NCBI GenBank assembly: GCA_951406725.2
Contig: OX597835.1
Coordinates: 16,864,001-16,928,000 of the forward strand
DNA: 64,000 nucleotides
Origin: Octopus vulgaris
Lineage: Eukaryota
Reading direction: 5' to 3'
Positions 25,850-40,246 of the stretch are shown piece after piece. Both the position numbers and the translations under genes were made by a program. Numbering within the stretch: the stretch's first letter is position 1; every line of letters begins with the position of its first letter. The notes beneath the pieces are model-generated. The model ran no database searches and was not told the origin of the DNA. It saw only the letters and a list, made by a program, of their open reading frames with translations.

Positions 25850-26723
25850 GGTAGTTGTGGACAATAAAATGTAGGGGTATATTCCCCTATAGTCATTGCA
25901 TATACACCGCCAATATTGACTGTGGATAGTTGTTGACAACGAAATATACGGGTACATTACCTTACTGTCATCACATATATATCGTTAATGTTAAGGGTGG
26001 GTAGCTGTGACTGTGAAATATACGGGTACATTGTAATGATTCTTATTGCATACACTCCGCTGATTTTAGGGATGGATTGTAGTGGTCAACGAAACAAACG
26101 GGTACATTACTATGACTGTTATTGCATATACATCGCCAGTTTTAGGGGTGGAGCAGCAGTGGATATGGAAATATACGGGTACATTGTTATGGTTCTCATT
26201 GCATACACACCGCCAATTTTAGGGGTGGAGAGTAGCAATCTATGAAATATACGGGTCCATTATCCTGACTGCCATTGCACCAGTATTAGGGGTCCGTGGT
26301 TGTGGACAACGAAATATACGGGTATACCATTTTACTGTCATCACATATACACCACCAGAGTCAGAATCTGTAATATACGGGTACATTACGATGACTTTCA
26401 TAAAATATACATTGCTAGTGTTAAGGGTGGGGTAGCAATGAACAATAAAATATACGGGTACATTGCTATGACTCTCATTGTATATAAACTGCCAGTGTTA
26501 GGAATAGTGTTAGAATAGAAGATATACGGGTACATTGCGATGACTCATTACATATACATCGCCAGTGTTAAGGATGGAGATAGCAGTGGACAATATAATA
26601 TACGGGTACATTGCTACGACTCTTATTGTATATACGCCACCAATGTTAGGGATGGGTAGTAGTGGTCTATGAAATATACGGGTACATTACCATGACTTTC
26701 ATTGCATATACACCGCCGGTGTT
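25850..26723. repeat. Minisatellite, 12 copies of a ~76-bp unit made of the cadherin exon 3' end plus donor and proximal intron
   Basis: Anchor (c)gggta at ~25874, 25949, 26023, 26099, 26176, 26252, 26319, 26378, 26455, 26527, 26603 and 26679; the last copy overlaps the real exon. Confidence 0.92.
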
Positions 26724-26809
26724 CCTTAAAGTATCATCGTCTCTGTCCAGCCGACTTTTCACTGATATCCACCCGGTTACGGCATCAATCTTGAACTGGG
26801 ATGATTGAC
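26691..26809 (-). CDS. Cadherin exon, 119 nt: (G)QSSQFKIDAVTGWISVKSRLDRDDDTLRNTGGVYAMKVM
   Basis: ttcttcttgtttcaaag acceptor, ATG|gtaatg donor; phase 1-0 exactly bridges the neighbouring exons; FxIDxxTG and LDRD motifs; not in the ORF track. Confidence 0.94.
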
Positions 26810-26931
26810 CTTTGAAACAAGAAGAATGGTATAGGAATTAATTGTCTTGGACGATCGTAACAACGGCGTACATACGAAACTGACGATGACAGTGTTGTAG
26901 TTGTTCTTGATGATGATGATGGTGACGATGG

Positions 26932-26967
<36 letters not shown>

Positions 26968-27100
26968 GGATGTTGGAAGTAGTGGGGATAATGATGATGG
27001 TGATAATGGTAATTATAATCCTAACGAAGAAGATGATGACAATTATGCTCCTGATGTTGCTGCTGAAGATGATGTAATGACTTTGATGAAGGTGATGATA

Positions 27101-27134
<34 letters not shown>

Positions 27135-27658
27135 CGACGACGATGATGATGACGACGACGACGACAAAGATGCTGGCGATAATGATGATGGCGGTGATGA
27201 GGGTGAGAACGGTGATACTGGTACTATAGCTCCTCCTGATATTGCTGTAGTGATGCTGATGATGATCTTGCTGCTGCTACTGCTGCTGCTGTTACTGATG
27301 GTCACAATGATGATGAGGATGATGATGATGAGGAGGAGGATGATGATGATGATGGCCGTGACGACGACGACAGCGGCGGCGGCAGCTATGACAACGACTA
27401 CGATCATGATGACGATGACGACGACGACGACAATGGCAACGCCAGCGACGACGACGACGATGACGATGATGATGACAATGACGATGATGATGACAATGAC
27501 GATGATGATGACAATGACGATGATGATGACAATGACGATGATGACGATGCGGATGAGATTAGTTCCTGGCCAATCACCACCAATTATAGCAAAGCTCACA
27601 CAAATGCAAGCCACAGCATTCTTTCCACACAAATGTATACTCCATTAAATACCCCAGT

Positions 27659-27747
<89 letters not shown>

Positions 27748-27753
27748 CACAAA

Positions 27754-27852
<99 letters not shown>

Positions 27853-27924
27853 CACGCAGAAACACACACGCACACACACAGAAACACACACACACACATA
27901 CACACACACGCACATGCATGTCTG

Positions 27925-27965
<41 letters not shown>

Positions 27966-28231
27966 ATATGATTAAGGAACTCATTCGTCCGTCCGTTCCT
28001 TCGCCCGACAGAACCATTAACCATCCAGCGACTTCATTAAATAGTTATAGAGCAAGCCATCAGAAATAGCAAACACAGCGAGGCTGAGAGAATTACCTTT
28101 ACTTTCGTCCTTCCTACAGCCAAGTCGCTTTCTCATCCGCTTTCTCTCTCTCTCTTCTCTCTCTCTCTCTCCATCTCTCTCTCTTCATTTAAATATATAT
28201 TCATATATAGATTTCACTCTCTCCCCATACT

Positions 28232-28310
<79 letters not shown>

Positions 28311-28546
28311 CTCTCTCTCTCTCTCTCTCTATCTATATATCTATCTATCTCTCCATCTATCTTTCTGTCTCTCTCACACTCTCTCTTTCCTTCTCTCTAT
28401 ATATATGTGTGTGTGTAGATATATATTTCTATAAATATATATACACATGTATGTATATATATATATATATATAGAGGAGGACAGTCGATTACATCGACCC
28501 CAGTACACATGCACATATGCACATAAGCACACATATACAAACATGC

Positions 28547-28624
<78 letters not shown>

Positions 28625-28823
28625 GCATGTTTGTATATGTGTGCTTGTGTGCATATGTGCATGTGTACGTGTGGTATTCTGTGTGAGTGCGCCTTTCAAA
28701 TTCAGAGGTTTTTCAATATGGTAACAAGCGTACATTTAACATCCCAGAAGCCTGTAACTATTGCGAATGTCAAGACAGCACGTGCTGCATGTGTGCCTGT
28801 TCATGCAACATGCAGACACACAT

Positions 28824-28867
<44 letters not shown>

Positions 28868-29074
28868 TTATAAACATGTGCAATCATACACACAGACATC
28901 ACTGCAATAAGGAGAAATATTTACGCACGGTGGCACACAAACTCAAATGCATGCTTGCAAACATGTCTGTGTGTAAATACACACCGACTCCTATACACAC
29001 GCACATATATACACATATATACACGCATATATACACACATATATGTACATATAATATACATATATATATACGTA

Positions 29075-29153
<79 letters not shown>

Positions 29154-29179
29154 ATATATATATGTATATATTTAGTATG

Positions 29180-29480
29180 AACTACAAGTACATATATAGC
29201 TAGAAATAGCAGTGTAGACACTTAATGCTGCGAAAAAGTACATTTATATATACTAACACGGGAGATAACTGCCCCATGAGTGAAGCACAGTTTCATCGTA
29301 ATGGGATGCAATGAAGGCTCACTGTTGACAATTTCCATTAGGATGGAAACTGTGCAGTCCAGTGTTTTAGCTTTGCTTCACTCATGGGGCGGTTATCTTC
29401 CCTGTCAGTATATATATAAATGTAGATTTACGCTGCTATAAGTACTTTAGCTCTTATTTCTATCAATATGTGTGCTAGTA
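29180..29480. mobile_element. Foldback / MITE-like palindromic element
   Basis: Arms tacatttatatatactaacacgggagataactgccccatgagtgaagca (29239-29287) and tgcttcactcatggggcggttatcttccctgtcagtatatatataaatgta (29374-29423), with weaker outer and inner arms. Confidence 0.7.
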
Positions 29481-29567
29481 ACACATACATCCACAATTAG
29501 GGACAACTAAAGTTTACCTGTACAATTTATACAGCGCTTACCTATTCACATTAATTATTTTATACTG

Positions 29568-29642
<75 letters not shown>

Positions 29643-29646
29643 CCTC

Positions 29647-29856
29647 TTTTACGCTTTTACTTTCTTCAGTCATTTTGACTGTGGCCATGCTGGAGCACTG
29701 CCTTGTAGTCGAAGAAATCGACCCCAGGATTTATTCTTTCTAAGCCTAGTACTTATTCTATCGGTCTCTTATGCCGACCCACTAAGCTACGGAGACGTAA
29801 ACACGCCAAGATCGGTTGTCAGGCGATGGTGGAGACAGAAACACACAAATATATAT

Positions 29857-29901
<45 letters not shown>

Positions 29902-30113
29902 CATATATACACGACAGGCTCCTTTCAGTTTCGTGTACCAAACCCACTCACAAGTAACGACACCTGCGCCTACACCTGCATACAGCCACTCACACTTTTG
30001 GTCGGCCCGAGGCTATAGTAGAAGACACTTGCCCAAGGTACCACGCTGTGGAACTAAACCCGAAACCATGTGGTTGGGAAGCAAACTTCTTACCACACAG
30101 CCACAACTGCGCT
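29647..30113 (-). mobile_element. SINE family B
   Basis: Colinear with other family B copies; carries an extra ~40-bp insert. Confidence 0.88.
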
Positions 30114-30125
30114 TATATGTATGTA

Positions 30126-30200
<75 letters not shown>

Positions 30201-31146
30201 CCTTTCTACTATAAGTACAAGGCCTGCGATTTGAAAGGAGGAGGACAGTCGATTACATCGACCCCAGTACTCAACTGGTACTTAATTTATCGACTTCGAA
30301 AGGATGAAAGACAAAGTCGAACTCGGCGGAATTTGAACTCAGAACGAAGCGGAAGACGAAATATCGCTAAGCTTACTAATAACTCTTCCATCACGCCTCC
30401 TTTGTATGTATATATATAATGATGTTCGCATTGACGAGGAATTTAACTCCTGTCTCACAGCTTATTCAACCAGTGGAGTAGGATAGCTCGAGGAGTTTGT
30501 CGAGGAAAATATAAAAAAAATTCCTCATTAACAAATAGTGGTGTTTACGTCGCAATTTGCATTGTTGTTTTTTTTTTGAAGATTTCAATGAAAGGAATCT
30601 TAAATTTTATTGGTGGTAGACATCTAATAAATTAGACGAAAGGTCAAAATAAAATTAAAAATCTAAAGGTCAGAAAATAATATTCAAAAGCAGGTGGCAG
30701 TAGTGAGGCATGTAAATAATCGTTTCAAGGTGAAAGAAAAATAATTGAAAGAAAAAAAATTTGAAATAAGTATATATAAAATATAAATAAAAATTGATAA
30801 AATAAATAAAATGAAAACAAAAAAGAAATGATTACAGGCATGAATGAATGAACGTTAAAAGGACACAGGTCAGAAACCGGTCAAGCATGAAAAATGAACT
30901 CGGGATGTTTTGAAGAGTCTAGATGTATTAATTAATTAAACAGAAAACAAATAAACTTTCACAACTAATGTAAAGTACATTAGGCGCAGGCGTGGCTGTG
31001 TGGTATGACGTTTGCTTTCCAACTAAATAATTTCGGGTTCAGTCCCATTACGCATCACCTTGAATATGTGTTTTCTACTATAGCTTCGAGCCGACCAAAG
31101 ATATTTGTGAGTGAACCTAGTAGACGAGAACTGAAAGAAGCCCGTC

Positions 31147-31180
<34 letters not shown>

Positions 31181-31183
<3 letters not shown>

Positions 31184-31440
31184 ACGTGACTTCTTTTGAC
31201 CGACCAGACCATCAGATGTTGTTACACATCGCTGGTCACAATGCGTTCGCATTGTTTTAGCCTTTGAATGACGCCACCCCGCTGGCTAAGCGAGCAGACC
31301 AACAGAAGAAAGAGTGGGAGAAAGAATGGTGAAAGAGTACAGCAGGGATCACCACCCCCTGCCTGAGCCTCGTGGAGCTTTTTAGGTGTTTTCGCTCAAT
31401 AAACACACACAACGCCCAGTCTGGGAATCGAAACCGCGAT
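31181..31440 (-). mobile_element. SINE family C, tail type ii, 5' truncated
   Basis: Reverse complement of 6562-6813. Confidence 0.85.
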
Positions 31441-31711
31441 ATATAAATTAGGAGAACAGCACCTTTTATCAATTCAACATTGAAAAAACTAAATTATAGA
31501 AAAAAATTAAATATAAGATAAAAGCATCTAATAATTATTAAGTAATGTACAAAATAATAAACAAAACGTATATAATTGGGAAAATGACTACACGTGTTTC
31601 TTATCTTATCGATGAAAATTTTATGTCTCTCACAACTACTTGAAAACCGGTGTTAGTGTGTTTACGTCTTCGTAATTTAGGGGTTCGGCAAAAAAGACCG
31701 ATGAATTATAA

Positions 31712-31761
<50 letters not shown>

Positions 31762-32667
31762 GCACTGGCGTCGATTTATTCAACTAAAAACCCTCCTTAG
31801 CAGTGCCCCAGCATGGCCACATTTTAATGACTGAAACAAGTAAAAGAAAAGATGAAAAATACTATCTAAACACAACCTTCTGAGTTTTATCTTCTGTTTT
31901 TCTACATAATCTACAGAACTGAAACAATCTTCAGTGGTTTAATAATCCGCCAGGCGAATCTGAAGGTCCCAAGTTCGATTCTACTTTCAATGTTGAAACT
32001 CCCAATGATTTTCAGTAAAATGTCCAATTTTCAGTCTTAAACTTGTTTTAAAAAATGGCTTCAAATGGTTTCAAAATTTGGTACAGAGCCAGAAGTGTTT
32101 GAGGGGTCGGGGATAAGTTGATTACGCCGATCCCTGTGCTCACCTAGTATTTATTTTATTGACCCCCACCACCCAAAACAAAAAAAAAAAAAGAAACGAT
32201 AAAAGGCAAAGTCAACCTCGGCGGAATTTGACATTTATCATGTCATTTGCTCTAGCAAAAGACATGATATATACAATAGGTGCCATATGTTGGAATTGAA
32301 CCGGAAACCAGTGATTTTTCACTGATGGTACTCGGAATTTCTCGCCACAGGCGATGCTTCAGGCGACGAACACAGTGTTAGATGGGCATCCAAGAACCTG
32401 TCAAAACTTCGAAGTTACGATCGATTTCATTATGATATATATTACTCTACAAATGTTTTGTAACCTTTATCCCATCACTAGTCATGTATTCAGAAACGTT
32501 TATTCTTCATTATATACATGCAAATCTACATGTATATAGATTTGCATGTATATACATGGGCTCCCACCTCACATATACGTAGGCACATAGAGACATATAT
32601 GTGTATATTTGTTTGTCTGTGTACGATGTATGTGTACGAAAATATATGTATGATTGTATGCGCGCGA

Positions 32668-32716
<49 letters not shown>

Positions 32717-32950
32717 CATATATATATACATACAGATATATATGATATACATATATGTACATAGGCATAAAAGCATATATATATATATATATCATATATA
32801 TGTATATGGATGTTATATATATGCTATATATACAACATATATATATCTATATATATGTGCATATGTATAAACGTCTGTGTATGCTTGTATATGCATAAAT
32901 ATATGTGTGTGCTCGTATGCGCATGAGTATGTGTGTATATATATACGAAC

Positions 32951-33029
32951 CTTGAACAAATTTATAGGTAAGGTTGTTGGAAACACCACGGTCACCATCT
33001 AAACCAGTCACCTGCATCACTGCGGCATT
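32951..33029 (-). CDS. Cadherin exon, 79 nt: NAAVMQVTGLDGDRGVSNNLTYKFVQ(G)
   Basis: Poly-T tract plus gtacag acceptor, AAG|gttcgt donor; DxDxG calcium motif; phase 0-1. Confidence 0.93.
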
Positions 33030-33456
33030 CTGTACAAAAAAAAAAAAAAAAAGAAAATAGAACAAAGAGAACGCAATATATTAAAGCAGACAAAATCTCC
33101 ATGACTAAAATGTAACATGTCTCTTTCGAAATTACGTTTTATTTTTTTATAACTATTCAATGTCTATGTTATAGTTAGTCGCATTCCAACACGTCATCAA
33201 ATGCCATACGTTTTAAAACACAGACGAAAGTATTTGTATTATATGGTTACGTTCGATATTCATTGTTTCTGTTTGTTTATTTCAGCTAAATTGACGCCTG
33301 GTCATAGCCTCAACAGAATTCTATTTGCTGTGTTCTCCGAGTAAATAAAGATTTCGATGAGATGATTTAAATTGTGTTCATACATGTCCAGTTGCTACTT
33401 ACATACAGACACACATACGTATATATAAGTATGCACTTATATCATATACATGCTTA

Positions 33457-33492
<36 letters not shown>

Positions 33493-33948
33493 GCCAGATC
33501 AATTGAAGTCTGTTGCTTCTGACAGGACTCGATGGAAGGTATGCGCTTTAGGTATCTGTCCCTATAACCTTCCCAGGAGTAAGTGAACCAGGAAGATTAG
33601 AGAATACATACGTACGTACATACATATATACTTACATACATACATGCATGCATATATACATACATACACATCTATGGTTGATATGTTGTCGTAAATAACT
33701 TAGAGAGACGAATGGTATTATTTCATGAAAGCCGAGTTGGCTGTTTGCGAAGTTCGCTTTGCGACCACGCGGTTTCGGGTTTAGTCCCACTATATAGCAC
33801 ATTGGTCAATTGGTCAAGTGCATCCTAGTGCAGCCATGGGCTACTTATGTATATGGAGCTAACGATAGCATTAATATACAAACACAAATAAAGAATCTAC
33901 ATCCACGAATGCGGTGTTGAGCACTCATTCTCACTGTTCGACATTTAC

Positions 33949-34004
<56 letters not shown>

Positions 34005-34190
34005 GTACACATACATACATACATATATATATGTGTGTATATATATATATGCATGTACATATATATATATATATAGATACACACATGCACGTGACAGGGA
34101 AACATCATTTGTAATCGTACAAATTTCTGTATGATATTTACAGATGGTAGGTATTCAAAGCGTATAGTGGTGAGATCGATGTATACTTAC

Positions 34191-34310
34191 GACGGAAATA
34201 TTTTCTGGCACTTGTTTGCTGTAAGGCAGATTTACAAAATATGGCGGTGTGTCTTGTATGTCAAGAACAGTCACTACAAAGTCTGCCTTCTTGCTTAGGT
34301 TACCACCATC
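34191..34310 (-). CDS. Cadherin exon, 120 nt: DGGNLSKKADFVVTVLDIQDTPPYFVNLPYSKQVPENISV
   Basis: ctcttcag acceptor, gtaagt donor; DIQDTPPYF inter-repeat linker and PEN motif; not in the ORF track; phase 0-0. Confidence 0.95.
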
Positions 34311-34593
34311 CTGAAGAGATATAAAATGGTGACATTGAAATATATGGCAGTAATATTATTTATGATATGAAGAGGAAGAGTGAGGAAGAGAAAGAGGAAG
34401 AAGTAAAAGTGGAGATAGTGAAGAAAAAGTGAGAGAGAGAGAGAGAGGAGAGATTTAGATTGATGAATAAATATATATATATCTATTCCTTCTTCAAGTA
34501 TTCTATCCATCCATCTATGTCTGTCTATGTATGTATGTATGTATGTATGTATGTATGTATGTATGTATGTATGTATGTATGTATGTATGTATG

Positions 34594-34624
<31 letters not shown>

Positions 34625-34709
34625 GTATGTATGTATGTACGTACGTACGTACGTACGTACGTACGTATGTATGTATGTATGTATGTATGTATGTATGTAT
34701 GTATGTATG

Positions 34710-34762
<53 letters not shown>

Positions 34763-34841
34763 GTTTATCTATCTCTAATTGCTAGTCTATTTATCTGTCT
34801 CTCTGCATCTCTGTTTGTCTATCTGTTTGCCTGCCTGCCTG

Positions 34842-34907
<66 letters not shown>

Positions 34908-35817
34908 CATCTATCTATCTATCTATGTCTGTCTGTCTGTGTCTTTCTCTTTCTTTCTGCCTCTGTCTGTCCGTTTCTCTCTCTCTCTCTCTAGCCATCT
35001 TTCTCTCTCTTCGTCTCTGTCTATGTATCCACCAATCTATTAACCTGCCTGCATATACATACCGACGCATATTACGCACACATACATATGTACAGAACAT
35101 ACAGACAAACAGACAGACAGACAGACACACACACACACATATGATAAAGTAGAACCGTTTGACAACTTACAGCCGAATTCTATAATTCTATATTTCACAT
35201 TGATCCTTGCATTCTCACTTCACTTCTGACACAGGAATGCCGATGCAAACCGTAATTGCAAAGCAAGAAAACCCATTTCTAGATTCCAGATGCCATAACG
35301 TACGCTTGGGACTCGAGCTGTTAAATCTCATCCGTTTTTACTGTCATGCTAAAATCTTTTCTTTAAGAAATACGTGGATTTTGAGAATTCACCGCATCAC
35401 ACCTCTTTTGCTATGATTGTATTTAATCCAATCTTCCACAAGAACGTATCACCATTCTCATCTTCCCAAAGATTTTGGTTAACCGTATTCTTTCTTCGGA
35501 AATAAGACTTAGTTTTGTTTGATGACAGCGAAACTTTTATTCTCCCTTAAGAGAATAAAATACGTTGGAAGATAAAGTGTGGAGCGCGGAGGCGGTGTGA
35601 CGGTGGTGTTAGCGGTGGAGTGTTGGAATATATAGTGGTAGTGGTGGTGATGGTGGTGGTAATAGGGAAAGGTGTGTATGTGTGTGTGTGTGTAGAAAGA
35701 TTTAAAAACTTTAGGATATTAAACGACGTGGATTCTTCATATCCTGTCAAAGGATATTACACACAGAAATACACGCGTACACACGCAGATTGGGAAAGAA
35801 AATGAAAGAGGTGTGTA

Positions 35818-35884
<67 letters not shown>

Positions 35885-36713
35885 CAGATAGAGAGAAAAA
35901 GAAAGCTTGGTTGATAGGGTCGGTGAAAACGGGACACAATCATACAATCATACATAAACACCTACACATACAAACATACACACGCACACAGTCGCATATA
36001 CAGAAATACACTCAAGACACACATGTACATACACATACAAACACACCTCCGCATACACACATATACACACACACACACATATATATAAATATATATATGT
36101 ATATGTATATATATATATATGTAAATATATATACATATATATACATGTATATATATATATATACATATATATATACATATATGTATGTATATATATACAT
36201 ATATATTCATGTATATATATATACATGCATATATACATACATACATAAATACATACACATATATATATATATATATATATATTGTCGATCATCAATACAA
36301 ATTGAAATTTTATATACACACATTCAAACACATTTACATATATACACCTACGTATAAACATACATACGTACTCACACATAAGCAGACAATATAAAACCTA
36401 TTTCGTTCTTACAAACGCAATCCATTAGTAACGTAGACATGAACACGCGCATGGATAGGCACACACACACACACACACAGACGCAATACATACTTATACT
36501 TATATAACTATATGTGCACATACATGTGTACGCCCATACACATGTATACGCATACACATGTACGAGCATTCATGCGCACGCCCACATGTACGGTAAATGC
36601 AACAGTGAATCTCTTGGTTTTGAAATTCCCAGACAGCGGACATGGAACCAAAGAAAATGGTAATGTCACTTGAATGTCAGGAAGAATACGATAGAAAGAG
36701 GGAGAGAGAGAAA

Positions 36714-36766
<53 letters not shown>

Positions 36767-37085
36767 GGGAGAGAAAAAGAGGGAGAGAGAGAGAGAAAAG
36801 GGGGAGAGAAAAAGAGGGAGAGAGAGAGAGAGAAAAGGGGGAGAGATGAGGTGAGAGTGGTGGGGAGGAAAACTGGGAACCAAAAAGAGAGGAAGCGAGA
36901 GGAGGAAAGACAGAATAATAGAAAGAGGAAACAACGAAAGAGGGAGATTGTGAGAGTGACAGTAAGAGAGTAAACAAAGAGACAACAAGGGAGAGAGTAA
37001 GAGCGAGGTAAATAGAGAGATGAAGAGGAGTGACAAGGGAGGAGAGCAAAGAAAGAAAGAAAGAAAGATAAACAGATAGACAGAT

Positions 37086-37130
<45 letters not shown>

Positions 37131-37491
37131 GTGAGAGAGTGAGAGAGAGAAAGTGAGATGAATAAGAGAAAGTAAGAGTGGGAAAAGAGAGGAGAGACAA
37201 AGTGAAGGCAATAAGAGAATGAAAGAAAGAAAGATAGACAGACAGATAGTCATAGATAGATTGGTAGACAGAGAGAAAGAGAAAGAGGGAGTGAGGGAGA
37301 AAGAAAAGGTGAGATGAGTAAGAGAAAGTAAGAATGGGAAAAGAGAGGAGAGACAAGGTGTGGGCAGTAAGAGAAAGGAGGAAAGAAAGAAAGATAGATA
37401 AATAGAGAGAGAGAGGTGAGATAAGCAAGAGAAAGAATAAGTGGGAAGAAAGAGAGAGGCGTAGAGAGAAGGTGAGGGCAGCAAGAGATAG

Positions 37492-37494
<3 letters not shown>

Positions 37495-37528
<34 letters not shown>

Positions 37529-37866
37529 CAGAGAGATAGAAGAAGGTGATTACAAGAGAGAGGGAAGAGATACAGAGATGAGGATAGCAAGAGAAAGAAA
37601 GAGCAAAGAAAAGATAAGGGTAATTAGAGGAAGACAGAGAGAGGAAAAAAGGTAGTTAATGAGAGAGAAAGACAGAAAGAGGGATAGAAAGAGAGAGAGA
37701 GAGAGAGTGACAGACAGATAAAAGAAGGTGATGACAAGAGAGAGGGAAGAGATACAGAGATGAGGATAGCAAGAGAAAGAGCAAAGAAAAGATAAGGGTA
37801 ATTAGAGGAAGACAGAGAGAGAGAGAAAAAAGGAAGTTAATGAGAGAGAAAGACAGAAAGAGGGAT

Positions 37867-37880
<14 letters not shown>
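37495..37880. repeat. Local tandem duplication of ~190 bp in a GA-rich region
   Basis: gtgacaga.agata.aagaaggtgat.acaagagagagggaagagatacagagatgaggatagcaagagaaag occurs at ~37525 and ~37707. Confidence 0.8.
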
Positions 37881-37919
<39 letters not shown>

Positions 37920-38086
37920 AAGTTAGATTTTCTATTTAGTTGAAGAGGTTAATAAACAAATTGGCTTTATTTATCTTCACAGTTCAGCAAACCTCCATGA
38001 AGGTCCTTGCCATAAGCTGTGTACTGCATATGCTGACCGTTTCAACAACAACAACAACAGCAACAACAGCAACAGCAATTACAGCG

Positions 38087-38118
<32 letters not shown>

Positions 38119-38720
38119 GCTGACAGATAGCTAAACGAGAGACGGGTGGTCGTCGGGGTTTGGTGGTGTGTAGAGCTATTGGGTGTGTGTGTGTGTGGAC
38201 GAAGGACATCGTTGCTAAAATCAGCAAACATCTTACTATCAAATATTAGCAGACAGAGGTTTGGAATGAAAATTTATTAATTGAAATCGATTCAGATTCT
38301 AAAGTGAACCGAATGAAAGCAAAGAAGAGAAGAGAAAACTTGTAACTACCAAGTCTTAACGTGATACATTGCATAGTTTAAATGTTACCATCCCCACAAC
38401 CATCACGACCATTACGCCTCTACCATACCCGGGTCCTTCTAGCCATCATCTCACACACTCAAGTGCACACGCGGCCAATTTCTGCTGATTTTGTGGAGCC
38501 AATTGCTATAATAGTTGGCGAGCAGATTATTGTAGAATGTAGCAAGTATTTAATTATGGTAGACGTTAATTACAACTGAATGGCTTTCATTTCAGAAATG
38601 GTTATTAATTAATTTAGTTTAGTACAGTTTAGTATGTTCAGCTTTCTTTATTATATGCATACTTTGGATCATACATACATAGATGCATACATACGTACAT
38701 GTGTGTGAATACATCATTGT

Positions 38721-39061
38721 GGCACTCCGTCGGTTACGATGACGAGGGTTCCAGTTGATCCGATCAATGGAACAACCCGCTCGTGAGGTTAACGTGCAAG
38801 TGGCTGAGCACTCCACAGACACGTAGTTCTCGGGGAGACTCAGCGTGACACAGAGTGTGACAAGGCTGGCCCTTTGAAATACAGGTACAACAGAATCAGG
38901 AAGAAAGAGTGAGAGAAAGTTGTGGTTCGCCACTAACCTCTGCCGGAGCCTCAAGGAGCTTTAGGTGTTTTCGCTCAATAAACACTCACAGTGCTCGTTC
39001 TGGGAATCGAAACCGCGATCCCATGACTGCTGTCCTAACCACTGGGCCATTACGCCTCCAC
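38721..39061 (-). mobile_element. SINE family C, tail type i, with internal deletions
   Basis: Reverse complement of 40247-40632. Confidence 0.85.
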
Positions 39062-39062
39062 G

Positions 39063-39113
<51 letters not shown>

Positions 39114-39172
39114 TTATGTATGAATATACGTGTATATTCACACACACGAACCCACCCACTATTTCTACAAAC

Positions 39173-39233
<61 letters not shown>

Positions 39234-40246
39234 ATTCAATATTTATATCTTCATAGCAATCAAGCAATTTTCATATGAAAAACGAATAATGAATATAATG
39301 AACATATAACGACGTAATATATTTTTTATAATTATAGAATCCAGTTAGTTCAAATTACTAAATACCTTCAATATATAATTACATATATACATAAACGCAT
39401 GCATGCTTATTTTAGATACATACATATATTTATATTTCAAAATATATAAATACACAAGCGTAGAAATATTAGACATTCAAAGACATACGTATATATAAAA
39501 TATATATTCGAATATATACGTCCATTGATTACATAAGACACCAACACAGCAAGAAGACTGCATAGTCCACTACATAAAAGCATGTTTATATGTTTAAAAC
39601 ATTAAAATATTTGCAACCCTAATATTAAGATTTTGTAATTATATTAAGCTTGTTTTTAATATATAATATAATTTCAAATATGAACTAATTAATATTTTAA
39701 TCAAGCATAACGAATAAATATTTAATTTAATGCAGGTATAACATCGATTTTCCAGTACTTTTGGTTCTAAAGGCTTTCCGGATTACTCATTTTTCCGAAC
39801 AAGGGATGGTTATCTCTGAAGTAAACAAATATTAAATTTACTTAAATCATGTGATCGACCAGACTATCGGATGTTGTTCTACATCGCTAGTCACAGTGTG
39901 ATTTCCATCGTTTTAGTGATGTCACTCCGCTATATATATATAGGTGTGTTTCTGCGTTTGTTTCCACGCCCCATCACCACTTGGCAACCGGGGTTGGTGC
40001 ATTTATGTGACCGTAAGGCCGGCTGTGGCTTATTGACACAACATACTTTCATCCGCAGAAGACGAGTATTGCTTATTGACACACTGTTAAACTCTGAAGA
40101 AGGGTGTGGTCTATAAGCCACAGTGATTGATTATCATCTTGCATTTGTTTACAATGTTTGTTTTGCCTCCCGCATGAAAAGACTTGCTATTTATACCCGA
40201 CCTTGAAGGATTAATACTGTACCGTGCACGGTATGCAAAACAATAG

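Noticed and set aside
25850-26723. CRISPR-like appearance (conserved gaaatatacgggtacatt word at regular spacing)
   Set aside because: The intervening segments are homologous to each other and to the exon, there are no cas genes, and the context is a eukaryotic intron. It is a minisatellite.
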